Numbered from the stretch's first letter, positions 41,984 to 50,538 are shown. The stretch: 64,000 bases of DNA from Candidatus Nanohaloarchaea archaeon (GCA_042217505.1 JBDGSN010000007.1:2700-66699); one strand, 5' to 3'. Notes: generated by a model from the sequence alone, not told the origin. Translations and numbers: made by a program.

Positions 41984-43240
41984 CTAATCCTTCTCTTCCT
42001 TTTCCTTATCGCTCTCGGCCTTCTTCGCAGCCTTTTTCTCAAGGTTAGGCACCATTTCTTCCGTGTCCGCTGCCTTGGCGATGCTGGAGGTATCCATTTC
42101 TGGAGCCATCTTTTCTGCCTCCTGGCTTTCCTCTTTCATCTTCTGGATATCTCTACCGACTTCGGAGACGAACTCTCTTGTATCGTTCTTGAGTTCGTAG
42201 ACCTCCTTCTCGTTGACCTCGTCCATCTTCTTGTCCTTGACCTTCGATATCACGTCTTCCCACTTGTCGAACATCTCGATGTGGTGTTCGTCGACGTCAA
42301 GGTTCTCTGCAACTACATCAGGTAGATCCTCCCTTTCCTCTGGCGGCTCTATATCCTGGGCTCGTAGAGCAGCGACGTTGGCTTTGAGGAATTTCTTGTA
42401 GTCGTCCACTATCCCTTTTACCTTCTTCCTTGCTCCTAGCTGTGATACCAGCTGATGCATCCTCTTGACGAAATCATCGGCTTTCTCCAGGTGGTCCTCT
42501 ACCTCCTGACCGGTGACATCTTCAGGATGCTTCTCTCCTTTGTTACCGAAGTCATGAAGTTCTCTCGCTATCTCGATGTACTCTGGTTCAAGCATATCCT
42601 TCTCGACGAACATCTCTTCAAGGACATCTGCGGTCTTCTCCTTCGGTGGAGGATTTCGGCCTACAAGCATTATAGGTGCCTGGCCTGCGTTCGCCATGAC
42701 CTGCTCCAGCTTGTGAGGTATCGATGACCGGAGATTTTTCTCGGCCTTCTTGTATCCTGCTGCAGCGAGTTTAAGTCTTTTCTTCACAGACTCCCGTGTA
42801 GCTGAAATCTTTCCTCTCTGAAGCAGTCTTTTGGCTGGCATGAAGATACCGGTATCGTATACCGGTTCACCGTTTCTCACCGCTTCGATAGCTAGAGGTT
42901 CTCCTTTTCTAAGTGAGTCCCAGAACTCTGTCAGGAACGGGAAGTACTGTATAGTTATCCTGTCGTCGGTCTCTTTAGCGAGATCAGTAACCTTTTTCCT
43001 GATCTTCTGCCTTGCATCCTTTGGAACATCGTTCTGCAGCTTTGTGTCGTCCAGGATCACAAGTGTATCTATATCGCTTTCATAACCGTGCTCTCCTTTC
43101 GAGACACTTCCCCAGACAGCGACTACTTTTACCTTGTCGCCGAGCTTATCCTTCAGCTTTTCGGCGAACTCTTCTGCTGCCTGCATCCTTCTTTCCTTTG
43201 ATTTCTCCCGCATTTCTTTCATCTTGTCTTTGGAGCTCAT
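41984..43240 (-). CDS. Pol-beta-type nucleotidyltransferase fused to a helical (HEPN/KNTase-C-like) domain and a long charged tail
   Basis: NTase motif VAVWGSVSKGEHGYESDIDTLVILDD, then GEPLAIEAVRNGEPVYD, a helical domain, and an E/K-rich C-terminal stretch of about 130 aa. ATG at 43240 is preferred over the TTG at 43270. Confidence 0.7.
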   Translation of the reverse strand: MSSKDKMKEMREKSKERRMQAAEEFAEKLKDKLGDKVKVVAVWGSVSKGEHGYESDIDTLVILDDTKLQNDVPKDARQKIRKKVTDLAKETDDRITIQYFPFLTEFWDSLRKGEPLAIEAVRNGEPVYDTGIFMPAKRLLQRGKISATRESVKKRLKLAAAGYKKAEKNLRSSIPHKLEQVMANAGQAPIMLVGRNPPPKEKTADVLEEMFVEKDMLEPEYIEIARELHDFGNKGEKHPEDVTGQEVEDHLEKADDFVKRMHQLVSQLGARKKVKGIVDDYKKFLKANVAALRAQDIEPPEEREDLPDVVAENLDVDEHHIEMFDKWEDVISKVKDKKMDEVNEKEVYELKNDTREFVSEVGRDIQKMKEESQEAEKMAPEMDTSSIAKAADTEEMVPNLEKKAAKKAESDKEKEEKD

Positions 43241-43303
43241 AGGATCACAGTTAAGGTTCTCGGTGTTCAACCTTAAAAGCTTTCAAAGTCAATTTGTTAC
43301 CTT

Positions 43304-43732
43304 ATGGTGAATGAAGAGCTTGTCGGTAGGTCAGTTAACTCCCAGGAATATTTTTCCAGTGATGACTACAGGAGCATAGGCGAGGATTTCCTGACATATG
43401 AGTGGGAAAACCCTGTACTTGTGCTTCACGGAGACGGAAACCTGGATGCAAAAGCAGAGGTAGGTGACTCAGTTATGAGTTACCTGAAGGAAGCTGATGC
43501 ATTAGTAAGCAGAGATTATGCCGGTCTGCTCGATGAAAACGAGCTTTCCGAAAGAAACTGGAACGTGCTACGAAGACCTGGACTGTCCAGAGAGTCGATC
43601 GATTCTATCGACCAGGTGGATATAAAGAATACTATGATACACGTGGTCGATGAAGAACAGGTAGACGAACTTGAATCATACATCGAACCGATACCACAGG
43701 ACTATGCTATACTTGGAGTGCCGGAGAGCTAG
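43304..43732 (+). CDS. hypothetical acidic protein (142 aa)
   Basis: Clean ORF with TATA-like CCTTAAAAGC about 25 nt upstream. Its stop overlaps the stop of the 868-aa ORF inside CTAG. Confidence 0.45.
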   Translation: MVNEELVGRSVNSQEYFSSDDYRSIGEDFLTYEWENPVLVLHGDGNLDAKAEVGDSVMSYLKEADALVSRDYAGLLDENELSERNWNVLRRPGLSRESIDSIDQVDIKNTMIHVVDEEQVDELESYIEPIPQDYAILGVPES

Positions 43733-46335
43733 CGGTACTGTTCTTCCTGCCATTCCTGAGGTCTTTTACCGCCCTCTTCCATCGCTGCTCTACCTGAGTA
43801 GGTGTAGTCGAAATCCTCTGCCTCAAGAAGACCTTTCAGTGGGTCGAAGGCATGCTCCTCTATCTTCGCCCATTCACGGTTGTAGTTAGGCTTGTCAAGC
43901 CCGAAGAACCTCGCTACTAAGGCCTGTTTCTCGTTCTCGTACTTCTCTCCAGGATTGATCTCGGAAAGTATCTCGTCCAGATCCTGGGGTCTTATCCCAA
44001 GTTCTATCATGTTCAGCGCAACTCTTATGGTGTACATCTCCTCATGGTACTCTCCTCCTACCTCGAACATGACGATGCCAGGATCACTTGGATCCCTCGT
44101 GAAACCTGCCTCGACTAAAGTGTAAAGCCAGCGGTAAAGAGTCTTGTCACCTCTTGAGAAAGGTCCGTGTCTATGTCCCTGGGACTGCTCCCATCCCGGT
44201 TTGGTGAGGTGGTAGGTCTTCACTATGTGGGAGAGCGGCTTGTTCTTTTTGATCCCGAGTTCGTCTCCATGATCGTCTACGAGCTTCTTCTCCTGGTCGA
44301 TAAGATGGTTTATCTCGTTTACAGGGTCTACGCCGTAACTGGAGGTGTGCTCCATATCTATTGTGAACTTCACCATAGTGTTTTCGTAACCATCTCCAAG
44401 CTGTTTTTTCGCAGTCATATCGATGGCGTGACAGAGTATCGCTATATCCTTCGGTCGCCAGACCCGTCTTAACTCGCCTGGACTGCCGTACATAGCTTCG
44501 ATGTTTACTTTCAGACCGAACTCGTTCATCCACTGGATCCAGGTCCGGCTCACCGATTCCTTCCCTTCCAGATGTTCGGGGACGAAACCTTTTCTATCGT
44601 TGAAAGCCTCAACGTTGAAGTTACCAGGGTTCTGGGTGAAATGACCCCATATGTAGCACGCACCTACCGCTGCGATGACATCGAGCTGGTTCTCACGGTC
44701 CTCCTGGATGAAATTGTTGAACTCATCGTAATCTCTGAAGTCGCTTCTACCCACTATCTGATTCCATATGAACTGTGGTGCTTTGAAACCCTGTTCTTCA
44801 GCAGCCATCATCCATGCCGGCATTATATGGAAAAAGATCGAGGATTCCTTGTTGAACTCATCTGACAGTCTTCCCTCGGATAACTGCTGCAGTATACTTA
44901 CGTAGGATGGCGGCATATCATCCCGGTTTCTCATTCTCTCATCGGCGTAATCTCCTGAACCAGAGAAAGCGTTCGGAGCTGCTTCGTCTATTATGGCTGG
45001 ATCGCTCTCCGCTTCCTCGAATATCTCGGATCTCTGTATATCCAGGTTCCTGGAGAGGGCGTTCACCTTTGCCTCGGAACTGGACTGCTCCCAGATTCTG
45101 TGAAGTATGTCTTCAACTCTATCCTGGATCTCCTCGAAACTATCCATTATTCTCTGCTTCAGCAAATCGTTCATCTGCCGTATCAACTGGTCTCCACCTC
45201 TGCTGGGTATCTCGAAGTTACCTTTCTCGAGGTCGTATATGTCCCGTGAGATCGATCTTGGGTTGTTAAGAAGTCTTCTACCGCCCGAGCTGAGATCCTG
45301 TAGATCGCTGAGTTTCTCGTACCGGAATGAATCTGAAAGAAAAATATCCTCTAAGGTCTCCTTCGCATTGCTTCTAAGGTCGCTGGCTGAATCATCTCCT
45401 TGTTTCTCTTCCGCCCTGGCCTCGAAATCAATATCATCTAGGAGAGATTCGATATCAGAGTCTTCTATCTTTATCGTGTTATCCAGATCAGCATCGTTTA
45501 TCATGTCGAGGAAAGTCCTGTCCAGTCCCTGGTCAACGCTTGAAACTGTCTGGACCACGCCCTCATAGTCTCTTATACTGGGTTCATATGCCTCGAATCT
45601 CTTCTTGGCAGCTTCTTCTTTAGCCTCTTTCCATGCCTCGTTGAACTCAGGCGATAGATCGGAGAACACATTTTCATAGAACTGCCATGGCCTGTCAACC
45701 TTCTCAAGGAACCAGAAGTAGAAAAGCTTTCTCAGGAACTTCGAGTTATCATATATATTGGTCTTTTTCCCGCTACTGTCGATATCAGTGATGAAGTAGC
45801 CGAAAGGGTCGACTGAGACATCGCTGGCAAGTCTTTCCTCCAGTGCGGGAATCATCTCGTTTGATGCGTGGACGTTGACGTAACCGACCTCAAAGCTGAG
45901 TTCGTCTTTCTCACGCCTTTCATCCACCTCGTACTTGAAAGCAGCCATCTGCTCCAGGTAACGTTTGAAGTACCTGTGGACGATATTGTATCCCGTTACT
46001 CTACCCCCTGTCGCATAGGCTGCGGTGAAACCGATATTCGGGTCGCCGTGGAGGGTCATGTCAAGGTCGAGTCGGTCGACAACGTTGATTATCTCAGGTC
46101 GATCGATCTGGAAGGTCGCTGGATTCGTTATCTGCACCTCCATGATGCTTCCACCGAGCTGTGCCATCCTACCGATCCTCTGGTCAAGAGGAGAGGGAAC
46201 ATTTCCGACATCCATCCCCGAGGTGTTTCCTACGATATAGGACATATCAGGGAAGCCGTCCTCATCGTATTTGTAGCCGTCTTCGCCACCGAAGTTCTCT
46301 TTCAACTTGTTGAGTATGTAGCTCGTGGTTTCCAT
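43729..46335 (-). CDS. 868-aa orphan protein; N- and C-terminal parts resemble a split metal-dependent TIM barrel (xylose isomerase / Endo IV-like) around a roughly 400-aa acidic insertion
   Basis: Long uninterrupted ORF with no P-loop, TM helix or signal peptide. Its motifs are DMTLHGDPN, VNVHASNE, FTIDMEHT, TYHLTKPGWEQSQGHRHGPFSRGD and VMFEVGGEY. These parallel VVLHPN, LCVENM, MCFDTGH, HLHLQDT..DLHLPIGSSEIDF and CMEIF of the canonical barrel at 60446-61204. Confidence 0.7.
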   Translation of the reverse strand: METTSYILNKLKENFGGEDGYKYDEDGFPDMSYIVGNTSGMDVGNVPSPLDQRIGRMAQLGGSIMEVQITNPATFQIDRPEIINVVDRLDLDMTLHGDPNIGFTAAYATGGRVTGYNIVHRYFKRYLEQMAAFKYEVDERREKDELSFEVGYVNVHASNEMIPALEERLASDVSVDPFGYFITDIDSSGKKTNIYDNSKFLRKLFYFWFLEKVDRPWQFYENVFSDLSPEFNEAWKEAKEEAAKKRFEAYEPSIRDYEGVVQTVSSVDQGLDRTFLDMINDADLDNTIKIEDSDIESLLDDIDFEARAEEKQGDDSASDLRSNAKETLEDIFLSDSFRYEKLSDLQDLSSGGRRLLNNPRSISRDIYDLEKGNFEIPSRGGDQLIRQMNDLLKQRIMDSFEEIQDRVEDILHRIWEQSSSEAKVNALSRNLDIQRSEIFEEAESDPAIIDEAAPNAFSGSGDYADERMRNRDDMPPSYVSILQQLSEGRLSDEFNKESSIFFHIMPAWMMAAEEQGFKAPQFIWNQIVGRSDFRDYDEFNNFIQEDRENQLDVIAAVGACYIWGHFTQNPGNFNVEAFNDRKGFVPEHLEGKESVSRTWIQWMNEFGLKVNIEAMYGSPGELRRVWRPKDIAILCHAIDMTAKKQLGDGYENTMVKFTIDMEHTSSYGVDPVNEINHLIDQEKKLVDDHGDELGIKKNKPLSHIVKTYHLTKPGWEQSQGHRHGPFSRGDKTLYRWLYTLVEAGFTRDPSDPGIVMFEVGGEYHEEMYTIRVALNMIELGIRPQDLDEILSEINPGEKYENEKQALVARFFGLDKPNYNREWAKIEEHAFDPLKGLLEAEDFDYTYSGRAAMEEGGKRPQEWQEEQYR

Positions 46336-46336
46336 C

Positions 46337-47968
46337 TTACTTCATAGTGTTCAGTCCAAGACCGATCTTCATATCAAAGTAATACTTGAACTTGAGATCG
46401 TTGTTAAGATCTTTCAGCAGACCGCCAACGTCTTCCATGTGGTACTGGTCGTACTGTCCTGTGAACTCTCTCAGGGTTTTCTCGAAACCATCATACTGAT
46501 CCTCTGTAGAACCTGAATCGCTGCTGAAGTCTACGTCAAGTATGTCTTTTAGAGCATCCATGACGTCTGAACCGTACTCTTCTTCGACCTCGTCAGGCGA
46601 GTCAAGACCGTCTTCCAGCCTTCTGATCGCTGAAGAAAACTCCACTGGCAGATCTTGATCGACATCATCGTGCTCTGATATCTTCTCCCTGAGCTCCCTG
46701 ACCGAGAGATCTTCTTCGTTCCGGGCCTTCCTGATCTTGGAGCCTGTTTCAGTGTCGAAATCTCCTGTATAATCATCGATCAGCTGCTGTAGCCTGTGAC
46801 TGCTGCGCTCTATCTTGTCCTTGAATATATTGTTGAAAACATGACGACATACGATAGCCGGGAAGATGAATGCGACCCCCACAGTCGGTCCTTCTGTGGA
46901 ACTGGTAGGGTTGCCTGCTCCTGCTATGTTGACATGCACGGCGTGTATATAGACGACTTTGAAATGCGTGGCTTCATCGTCACCTACCTCTTCGAGATCT
47001 CCGTGGTGCTTGGCAAAGCCCTGGTGTGCGATGAACTCGAACTCCTTTTTCTGGCTGGAATGCCCCTTGAAAGTCCAGTAGTTGGTCATATCCGAGTCAT
47101 CACGTGAGTGGTCGTGTATCATCAGCAGATCTCTTGCATAAGGTTCAAGCCAGTCCTCTGTCTCCTCTATAGATCGTTCTATGCTTCTTAACTGTGATTT
47201 CAGATCATTGAGCTTCCTCTGGATCTCGCTTCCGTAAAGATCCTTCCATTTCTCGTACATCGTGTACTTCTTCTTCAGTATAGCTTTCTCATTCGCCGGT
47301 AGCTCAGAAAGGCTTCCATCTTCTTCCAGGTCCTCAAGACCGCTCATCTCGTTGAAGTCTGCTACTATGGAGGGGTAGAAGTTGTTATCCCTGTAAAACT
47401 TTAGTGAGGCCTCATCTCCTCCCTGGCCTGAAGCACCTGCTCCATCCACAAGTTCGATGAAGTCGCCTTTGATACGATCCTCTTTACCCTGTCTGATAGC
47501 TTCTGCTCTCGATCTAAGCTTCCTTATATCGTGCTCCAGCATATGCTTCTGTTTCTTCAGCTGGGACAGGTTCTGCATAGTGTTCTTTATGTTCTGCTCT
47601 GCCTGCTGCTTTCTCTGCATGAATTCGGCGTGGAGGTTGGATTGCGGTGAGACGAATATACGGTCCATCGTCTTGTTGACGGTCCATCCCCAGGAATCGT
47701 CGAACCTGTCAGCAGCATCAAGTATGAACATGTGCGGCAGGCCCTGTGACCCAGCTGCTACCTCAAGATGCTTGAACGGGTGACCCATTATAGGTCTTAA
47801 AAGGTCTGTGTCGGTCGTATTCTCCAGGTCTTCGACACTTGTTATCTCTTCCTCCAGTATCGCATCTCGAAGATCTCCGCCGGGCGCTCCCGTACCATCT
47901 CTGTCGAATACCTCGAAGATGTGGCCGAACTTGCAGGTGTCTCCGTCTTCTGGACCGTGTGAACTCAC
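46337..47968 (-). CDS. 543-aa orphan protein with two coiled-coil segments and a beta-rich C-terminal region
   Basis: GTG start about 30 nt after a TATA-like box. Its stop TAA is 1 nt before the ATG of the 868-aa ORF. Coiled coils: AEFMQRKQQAEQNIKNTMQNLSQLKKQKHMLEHDIRKLRSRAEAI and IQRKLNDLKSQLRSIERSIEETEDW. No family recognised. Confidence 0.7.
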   Translation of the reverse strand: MSSHGPEDGDTCKFGHIFEVFDRDGTGAPGGDLRDAILEEEITSVEDLENTTDTDLLRPIMGHPFKHLEVAAGSQGLPHMFILDAADRFDDSWGWTVNKTMDRIFVSPQSNLHAEFMQRKQQAEQNIKNTMQNLSQLKKQKHMLEHDIRKLRSRAEAIRQGKEDRIKGDFIELVDGAGASGQGGDEASLKFYRDNNFYPSIVADFNEMSGLEDLEEDGSLSELPANEKAILKKKYTMYEKWKDLYGSEIQRKLNDLKSQLRSIERSIEETEDWLEPYARDLLMIHDHSRDDSDMTNYWTFKGHSSQKKEFEFIAHQGFAKHHGDLEEVGDDEATHFKVVYIHAVHVNIAGAGNPTSSTEGPTVGVAFIFPAIVCRHVFNNIFKDKIERSSHRLQQLIDDYTGDFDTETGSKIRKARNEEDLSVRELREKISEHDDVDQDLPVEFSSAIRRLEDGLDSPDEVEEEYGSDVMDALKDILDVDFSSDSGSTEDQYDGFEKTLREFTGQYDQYHMEDVGGLLKDLNNDLKFKYYFDMKIGLGLNTMK

Positions 47969-48047
47969 GATAAAGCATTGTCTTAACTTCTACTTAAAAT
48001 CTCGATTTTCCGTAACCTTAATCAACGAGTCCGGTGCAAAGTAAAGC

Positions 48048-48737
48048 ATGAGCGTCATTGATGACCTGAAAGAGACTTTTAACAGGTCTTCAAACAATTC
48101 CTCCGGCTCCAGTTCTAGCTTTGGAGGAGACGATGATTTTAAAGGCGGAGGCTTCGATGACTCCTTCTCAGATGGTGATTCCGGGGGCAGTTTCGACTCC
48201 GGTCCACCAGGACAGGGTTCACAGAGCAGTCCTGGACAGCCGCAGAAAGGTAATTCTCCAGGAGGGCCATCCCAGGGAGGCCAACCCTATAGAGGAGGGT
48301 CTCCGGGCAACCAGGGTTCGTCACAGAATTCTCAGAATATGAACCAGGGAGGTCCAGGTAACTCTATCGGACAGAACAGCGGTCAGAGACCCCAGAACCA
48401 GGGAAACCGTTCTCGGGGACAACAGATTCAGGGCCAGAATGATCCGGATCCAGCTCGATCCCATAACAGTGGATCCCAGAACTCGGGAGGAGGCGGCTTC
48501 AACGATTCGCCTAACGCACAGGCAGGACGTCCCAGCAGGGGAAGCGCTCAGCCACAGTTAAGCTCACGGACCGAGAAGAAGCTTGAAAACGCAGGTTTCA
48601 CCGGTAGAAGCAGCAACACAGACGGTAAAAGGAGAGGTGGGTCGATGGAGCAGGATATCCAGGAGCTGAGGCAGCAGAACGATCAGATAATCGATCTCCT
48701 TGAACAGATAGTTGACTCTCTTAACAATCAGCGTTGA
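48048..48737 (+). CDS. intrinsically disordered G/S/Q/N/P-rich protein with C-terminal coiled coil
   Basis: About 150 central residues are almost only G, S, Q, N, P and R (GPPGQGSQSSPGQPQKGNSPGGPSQGGQPYRGGSPGNQGSSQNSQNMNQGG...). The C-terminus is MEQDIQELRQQNDQIIDLLEQIVDSLNNQR. Confidence 0.65.
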   Translation: MSVIDDLKETFNRSSNNSSGSSSSFGGDDDFKGGGFDDSFSDGDSGGSFDSGPPGQGSQSSPGQPQKGNSPGGPSQGGQPYRGGSPGNQGSSQNSQNMNQGGPGNSIGQNSGQRPQNQGNRSRGQQIQGQNDPDPARSHNSGSQNSGGGGFNDSPNAQAGRPSRGSAQPQLSSRTEKKLENAGFTGRSSNTDGKRRGGSMEQDIQELRQQNDQIIDLLEQIVDSLNNQR

Positions 48738-48908
48738 ATGCATGTTATGAATATAGAATCCGAACTGCCGGAAAACTTCGACCAGCTTTCAGACGATGAG
48801 AAGGTCAGGGAACTTGAATCGCTTCTTGAAAAGATAGATGACGGTTCAGGTTCAGGAGCTTTGAAGAAGAGGATGGTCGAGGAGCTTATACGAGAATACC
48901 GTTCATAG
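48738..48908 (+). CDS. small acidic ORF (56 aa) abutting the disordered-protein gene
   Basis: Hand translation gives MHVMNIESELPENFDQLSDDEKVRELESLLEKIDDGSGSGALKKRMVEELIREYRS. Its ATG directly follows the upstream TGA (TGAATG). Confidence 0.4.
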   Translation: MHVMNIESELPENFDQLSDDEKVRELESLLEKIDDGSGSGALKKRMVEELIREYRS

Positions 48909-49229
48909 ACGCATCATACCGCTCAGGCTCCAGATGCCTTTCAGGAGCATGACTCCAGCTATGATTATCTTATAATCCGCCAGTATCGGCGGGTGACCCG
49001 TGAAAAGTATGGCTGACGACATTATATCGGCTGCACCTCCAATTATGTAGAGCGGTATAAGTCCTGAAAGACCTCCCAGCTGTGGGAAGAATCCTAAAGA
49101 ACCTTTTACCAGCAGAAATGTTGCATGGACTGTCGCCACTATAGCAGGTAGAGGCGAGACAGTGTTGAAAAGCATCAAGGCAGCTGCGATATCAATCCAT
49201 CCGAGAACGTTGAAGTTGAGTGTCGGCAT
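48903..49229 (-). CDS. small polytopic membrane protein (108 aa)
   Basis: Three to four hydrophobic helices. Its ATG directly abuts the NYN gene stop (TAAATG). Confidence 0.55.
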   Translation of the reverse strand: MPTLNFNVLGWIDIAAALMLFNTVSPLPAIVATVHATFLLVKGSLGFFPQLGGLSGLIPLYIIGGAADIMSSAILFTGHPPILADYKIIIAGVMLLKGIWSLSGMMRL

Positions 49230-49694
49230 TTAGTCCAGCTCGATGACGTTGTCAGCAGCGTTTTGAAGTGCTGTTGAGAACCCTGGATCCATGCCGATTA
49301 TGACTGTCTCCTTTCCATGCTCCTTGGCCTTCTGGATGACTGGCAGGAAGTCTGCGTCTCTTGTCACGAGAACTATGACATCTATGTTCTCGTTGTGGAC
49401 AGCCTCCATCGCATTGACTGCCATGTAGACATCGACGTCACTTTCCTTCTTCTTTTCGCCGCCCAGACCGAGAGCCGCCTCGAAACCCTGGGATACGATG
49501 GCCTCGATAAGTTTCTGGGACGCATACTGGTTCAGGAACACCTTGCCGACTTTTATACGGCCGAAATCCTGTATGTCTTCTCTTAGGGCGTCCAGATCAA
49601 GTTCGAACTCCTTTCTGATGACGTTCGGTCCGTCGACGAACACTGCGACGTTAGGTTCCTTGCTAACCTTGTCCTTGAATTTTTCTAGTACCAT
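49230..49694 (-). CDS. NYN/LabA-like domain protein (predicted RNase fold)
   Basis: [10 protein letters not shown]...[52 protein letters not shown] at 49694 or 49700. Confidence 0.75.
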   Translation of the reverse strand: MVLEKFKDKVSKEPNVAVFVDGPNVIRKEFELDLDALREDIQDFGRIKVGKVFLNQYASQKLIEAIVSQGFEAALGLGGEKKKESDVDVYMAVNAMEAVHNENIDVIVLVTRDADFLPVIQKAKEHGKETVIIGMDPGFSTALQNAADNVIELD

Positions 49695-49776
49695 GCACAT
49701 GATTTGAATCCAAGAATATAAAGACCTAATCACTCAGGAAGATAGACAGTTAAAGAGATATCTTTATCGCCGAGTA

Positions 49777-50538
49777 TCACAGGAAAAGCCGCTGAGCGTT
49801 CTTGGTTGTGGCCTCAACGACTTTTTCAACCTCCAGATCTTTGATCTCTCCGATCTTTTCCGCACTCTCCTTCACGTTCCCCGGCTCATTTCTCTCGCCC
49901 CGGTAGAGGAAAGGTGAGTCTGTCTCAAGTAGCATGTTTTCAACAGGGATCTGTTGAACGATATTATTTACACGTGTAGAGTAGAGAACCTGTGTCGTCA
50001 CACCTATCAGCATACCCTCTTCTACAGCCTCTTCAGCCAGTTCCGGTCTGCCGTTGAAACAGTGTAGCATGACTCCGGGTAGATCATACTCCTTCAGTAT
50101 CTTGAACGCCTTTCTCTCTGCATCACGTGAATGAACGACTACAGGTTTCCCAAGTTCCTCAGCTAGCTCAACCATCTCTCTGAACACTTCGGTCTGTCTT
50201 TCACGCATATCCTCATCTTCCACGTGGTGGTTGTCAAGCCCTATCTCTCCGACTGCGGCAGGGTCCTCTTTTCTGACCTGATCCTTGATCTTATCCAGGT
50301 CATCGAAATCATCTGTGTATGTGGGGTGGATACCAAGGTTAGGGATTATGAAGCCTCGGTGATTTTCTGCCAGTTCGAGTACTTCTTTATTGTTCTCGTA
50401 GCTGCTTCCTGCATCGACGATGAACTCCAGTTCATCTGCCGCTCTTTCTATTATCTCATCTCTATCATCATCGTACTGCCTGAAATCGACGTGGCAGTGG
50501 GCGTCAACGGGCTTCATAGAGAATCTTTTGGACATCAC
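49777..50538 (-). CDS. tatD: TatD-family metal-dependent hydrolase/DNase
   Basis: DAHCHVDF, GEIGLD, VVHSRDA, HCFNG, ETDSPF. Confidence 0.9.
   Translation of the reverse strand: MMSKRFSMKPVDAHCHVDFRQYDDDRDEIIERAADELEFIVDAGSSYENNKEVLELAENHRGFIIPNLGIHPTYTDDFDDLDKIKDQVRKEDPAAVGEIGLDNHHVEDEDMRERQTEVFREMVELAEELGKPVVVHSRDAERKAFKILKEYDLPGVMLHCFNGRPELAEEAVEEGMLIGVTTQVLYSTRVNNIVQQIPVENMLLETDSPFLYRGERNEPGNVKESAEKIGEIKDLEVEKVVEATTKNAQRLFL

Noticed and set aside
41100-49740. The block of orphan genes considered as an integrated virus or mobile island
   Set aside because: I see no integrase, transposase, capsid-like or terminase-like genes, no flanking tRNA and no direct repeats. Composition and codon style look like the rest of the window. 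I treat it as chromosomal accessory content instead.
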